A stretch of DNA of 63,769 bases, counting the filler, from Ionaspis alba (Eukaryota), in the NCBI GenBank assembly GCA_964255285.1. It is 6 parts of 6 records of this genome, joined end to end, with 100 filler letters (N's around TTAATTAATTAA, not from the genome) between each part and the next. Parts side by side here need not be neighbours in the genome. Positions count along the whole stretch, not along the records: positions 53,254 to 63,769 come from CAXUUL010000602.1; 5 more parts are not named here. One strand, 5' to 3'. Shown piece by piece: positions 59,601 to 63,769 of this stretch (its first letter is position 1; the number at the start of each line of letters is the position of its first letter). The position numbers and the translations under genes were made by a program. Under the pieces are notes generated by a model. It did not search any database. It saw nothing but the letters and a program-made list of their open reading frames with translations, and was not told the DNA's origin.

Positions 59601-62600
59601 AATGAAAAGGGTGAGATCGGATTTATGGCCGCCCCTCAGCGGTTGAACGTCTTGCTCTCTAGAGCTCGTGATGGCCTCGTTGTCATTGGCAACTTCAAAG
59701 TTTTCACGACTAGTGGCAAGGGCGCCAAGACGTGGGGTCCTCTGGTCGAGAAGTTGAGCCAGGCTGGGCAGATTTTCGATGGTCTTCCTGTCAAGTGCGA
59801 TCGGCATCCCAAAAAGACTACGCTACTGAAGACAAAGGATGACTTTGACCGCGAGTGCCCTGATGGAGGATGCTCAGAGCCATGGTAATCACTTCGCTGC
59901 TCCCGTCTCCCTATCCACATATTGATACAAATTGTCAGTTCTGCCATGCTCAGTTGTGGCAAGCACAAGTGTCCCCAACGATGCCACCAGCTCTTCGACC
60001 ACTCTAAAGTCAAGTGCACACGAGTGCTGGAAGATACTTGCCCCCAGAACCACAAGATAACCTGGCAATGCTGGCAGCAGGCTCCCTCATGCCCCAAATG
60101 CGAGGCTGAGGCTCGAAAACGCGAGGCCCAGCGCCAGCGAGACCATCAACTCGATCTAAAAAGACAGGCAAACGAACGTGCGTATGCTCAGAAACTTGCG
60201 GAGCTGGACGAAGAGATCGCCCATGAAAGACGCCTGCAGAAGGAGCAAGCCGACCAGCTTGGCAGAGAACGCACTTTGGAGCAACGCAGGAAAGATCTCG
60301 CAAACGCTCGAGCTGCGACGCTATGGAACGTGGCCGCACATCCCGCAGAGGCTGAAGCAACGAAAGGGCCGAACACGGAAACATCGAATGGAGGTCATGT
60401 AAGCAAGACATTCTCTTCATCGCAATCAAATCCACCAGAAGGGAGCGGAGAGAGTGGAGGTACGGACCCCGCCGAGTCCCAAGCCAAGGCGGATTGGGAG
60501 TACCAGAAAAAGTTTGAGAACGCTGACAATGAGCACCTGGATGCTCTTTTCAAAATGATCGGCCTTGAGTCTGTGAAGCGACAGCTCCTCACAATCAAGA
60601 CGAAAATTGATACCTGCATCCGCCAAAAAGTTGACCTCAAAGACGAACGCTTTGGCGCGGCGTTGCTGGGAAACCCAGGGACAGGCATGTATAAGAGTGT
60701 CGGATCATTATGGTTGTCACGCTAACATTAAAAGGCAAAACTACCGTTGCTCGACTCTACGCCAAATTCCTGGCATCGGCTGGCGTGCTCCCAGGAGCTG
60801 CCATCGAAGAAACAACCGGATCAAAGCTAGCAAGTGACGGTATTCCAACCTGCAAGAAGCTCATTGAGGATGTGCTTGCAGCCGGCGGAGGAGCCATTTT
60901 CATCGATGAGGCGTATCAACTGGTCTCGGGGACGAGTTTCGGTGGTGCGCAGGTGCTCGACTTCCTCCTTGCGGAGGTTGAGAACCTGACCGGCAAGATT
61001 GTGTTCATCTTGGCCGGCTACAACAAGCATATGGAGAAGTTCTTCGCCCACAACCCAGGAATACCCAGCCGCTTTCCTCATTCATTCCAATTCGAGGATT
61101 ATGAGGATACTGAACTTCGCCAGATACTTGAGTATCAAATCAAGAAGCGCTTCCAAGGGCGGATGAAGGTGGAAGGAGGCCTCCAAGGGTTGTACTGCCG
61201 GATTGTGGCTCGACGGGTCGGTTACGGGCGCGGCCGCGAGGGCTTCGGCAACGCACGTGCCGTCGAAAACACCTTTGCCAACATCTTATCTCGCCAGGCC
61301 ATTCGCCTTTCGCGAGAGAGACGGGCAGGGAAAACTCCTGACGACTTGCTGTTGACAAAAGAGGATCTTATAGGTCCGGAGCCTTCGAGAGCCTTGGACG
61401 GCAACAAGTCTTGGCAGAAGCTTAAGAAGCTCACAGGCCTTGAAGCTGTCAAAGACTCTATCAAGGCGCTGTTTGACAGCATTCAAGAAAATTATGAGCG
61501 AGAGCTGGAAGAGAAGTCGTTACTGCAGTTCAATCTTAATCGCGTGTTTTTGGGCTCACCTGGTACAGGAAAGACGACGGTTGCAAAGCTTTACGGGCAA
61601 GTTCTGGCGGACATCGGCTTTCTGTCAAACGGGGAGGTCGTTGTGAAAAACCCATCGGACTTTGTTGGAGATGTCCTCGGAGCCTCCGAAAAGACAACGA
61701 AGGGAATCCTAGCTTCTACAGTTGGCAAAGTTCTTATCATTGACGAAGCTTACGGACTCTCCGGCACCGGTGCCGGTGGCAGCAATGCACCCGCGGACCC
61801 ATTCAAGACTGCGGTCGTTGACACAATCGTGGCTGAAGTACAAAGCGTGCCGGGTGATGACCGATGTGTGCTGCTTCTTGGATACCGGAGTCAGATGGAA
61901 GCTATGTTCCAGAACGTGAACCCTGGCCTTAGCCGCCGATTTCCCATAAGCGAGGCTTTCGAATTCGAAGACTTTACGGATGGTGAACTCAAAGAGATCC
62001 TGGCAATGAAGCTGCAGCAACAAGACTACACGGCCACGGACCAGGCGAAGAATGTCGCCATGGACGTGCTCAAGCGCGCACGCAATCGCCCAAATTTTGG
62101 CAACGCTGGAGAAGTGGATATCTTGTTGAACGGTGCAAAGGCTCGGCATCAGAAGCGCCGCTCTGCGGGCAAAGTAAAGGCAGCTGCAATGCTGGAGGCG
62201 ATTGACATCGACCCGGACTTTGATCGTGGTGAGCGGGCGGCCACCAATATGGGCATTCTATTTAAAGACGTGGTTGGCTGCGAAGATATCGTGGCGCAAT
62301 TCGAGGGCTACCAAAAGACGGTGGCAAACATGAAAGCTCGCGATATGGATCCACGAGAGCAGATTCCTTTCAACTTCCTCTTCAGAGGGCCGCCAGGTAA
62401 GTTACAAGCAAGTTAAAGCATTGACGACAAGATGATAAACAAGACCAGGTACTGGCAAGACCACGACCGCCCGGAAAATTGGCAAGATCTATTACGACAT
62501 GGGATTCCTAGCCGACGGCCAGGTTATTGAGTCCTCGGCTACTGAACTGATAGGTGAGTACGTAGGCCAGACGGGGCCAAAGACTCAGAAATTACTTGAG

Positions 62601-63769
62601 AAGGCTCTCGGCAGAGTGCTCTTCATCGACGAAGCGTACCGTCTTGCCGAGGGTCACTTTGCGAAGGAAGCAATGGATGAGATTGTGGACTGTCTCACGA
62701 AACCGTCTTTTTCCCAAAAGCTCGTCGTAATACTAGCAGGCTATGATGCAGACATCAACCGACTGATGTCCATCAACCCTGGTCTGACTAGCCGCTTTCC
62801 AGAGACGGTGACCTTTCGCAGCTTGAAGCCAACTGAATGTTGGAAATTATTCACGACAATATTGAAAAACAAGAAGCAACTCGATATTTCCTTGCTCCAA
62901 AAGCCGCCCGCCGGTCTGCAACAGGAACTTCTTCAGCATTTCGAAACACTAGCAAACCTTGCCAATTGGGCCAATGCCCGTGATGTGGGCACTCTTGCAA
63001 AGGCGGTCTTCGGCCAACATCTCCGGAATGCAGATCCAAAGTCGCGAGACCTTATTCCCCTCGAAGAAAGGCCTGTCATTGCGGCCTTCGAAGGGATGAT
63101 CAACGAGAGGAGCAACCGCGAAAACTTCTCAGCCACAAAACTGCCTGTTCATGCTCGTTTTCCAGAGCAAATTGCAGACCCGCGAATCGGAAACGCACCG
63201 CCATCCTCAGCTTCAAAGTCGACCGTCACAACCAGAACCACGGAACAGGCGCCTCCAGACTCGCAACCAGAACAGCAGGGCCCGAAAACCGAGTCTAACG
63301 ATCCACGCGACCCAGGTGTTAGCAGTGACATCTGGGCGGGTTTGCAGCGCGACAAAGAAGCAGCGGCTGCTCACGAGAAAGCATATCATGACCTCATCAC
63401 CCGACACGCCAAGCTCCAAGCCGAGCACGTTCGCGTTCAGCAAGAGGACGAGAAAGAGATCGCCAAGCAATCCAAGGAACAAGAGAATCGGATTGAAGAG
63501 CTTCGAAAACGTCACGCTGATGCTGAAGAGGAGGAAGCCGCGCGCCTTGCTTCAGAAGCAGACGAGGAGAAACGACGACTAGAGCGAGAGCGGCTACGAC
63601 GCTGGTTGGAAAGGCAAAAGCGCGCAGAGGAGCTAGCTGCCTTGGAGCGGGAAAGAAATAGACTGGCGGAAGAGAAGAGAAAAGAGCAAGCCGTCCAGAG
63701 TAAGTTGAGGACAATGGGCGTCTGTCCTGTGGGATACCGATGGATCAAACAAGTCGGTGGATATCGGTG
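56631..63769 (+). CDS. Giant ZNFX1-like SF1 (Upf1-family) helicase with NFX1-like zinc finger and three CbbX/SpoVK-type AAA+ domains; runs off the window end
   Basis: GGRHDNDFEDFRDIAIYPTADE and DNQFRLLRED; SF1 motifs GTGKS, TYTNHALDQF, VEEAGE, LIGDHQQLRP, SLFERL, QHRMRPEI, LTPYLGQ, IDNYQGEE, RLNVLLSRAR; CGKHKCPQRCH; three sets of GxPGTGKTT / hhIDEAY / NPGxxxRF; terminal CPVGYRWIKQVGGYR. Introns end at 57999 and span 59440-59547, 59885-59938, 60685-60734 and 62397-62448. Confidence 0.92.

Noticed and set aside
1757..63748. Numerous antisense or alternative-frame ORFs overlapping the identified genes
   Set aside because: Shadow ORFs of real coding sequences with no independent support.

Overview
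Gene-dense, intron-containing window from a filamentous ascomycete (Pezizomycotina; the exact lineage cannot be fixed from the sequence). Positions 1-51.5 kb hold about 27 mostly conserved genes, often in tight head-to-head pairs: NMD3, ESF2, ATP25, an MT-A70/METTL4-like methyltransferase, LEU5, YUH1, PEX12, a CNL1-like gene, MTC5/WDR59, UBC13, RPL24, MRS3/4, ATG9, COG6, BOL2, NIF3, an MFS transporter, PRP31, ROX3, a Cys-rich membrane protein, the complex I ESSS subunit, VPS23, EFM7, STE2 and an FHA-like/tandem-BRCT protein. This stretch also contains a spliced Cys-rich gene that the ORF track fragments. The last ~9.5 kb is different: a divergent pair sharing a 365-bp intergenic region. One gene is a Rai1/DXO-like PD-(D/E)XK protein with an RGG N-terminus and a C4 tail. 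The other is a giant ZNFX1-like SF1 helicase with an NFX1-like finger, three CbbX/SpoVK-type AAA+ modules and a terminal Cys motif. This pair is the best candidate for an undescribed RNA-surveillance or antiviral system; that function is inference. Five N-gaps contain an artificial TTAATTAATTAA linker, so adjacency across them is unverified. No tRNA, rRNA, CRISPR array or recognisable transposon was seen. Gene identities come from motif recognition by eye; no database searches were run.
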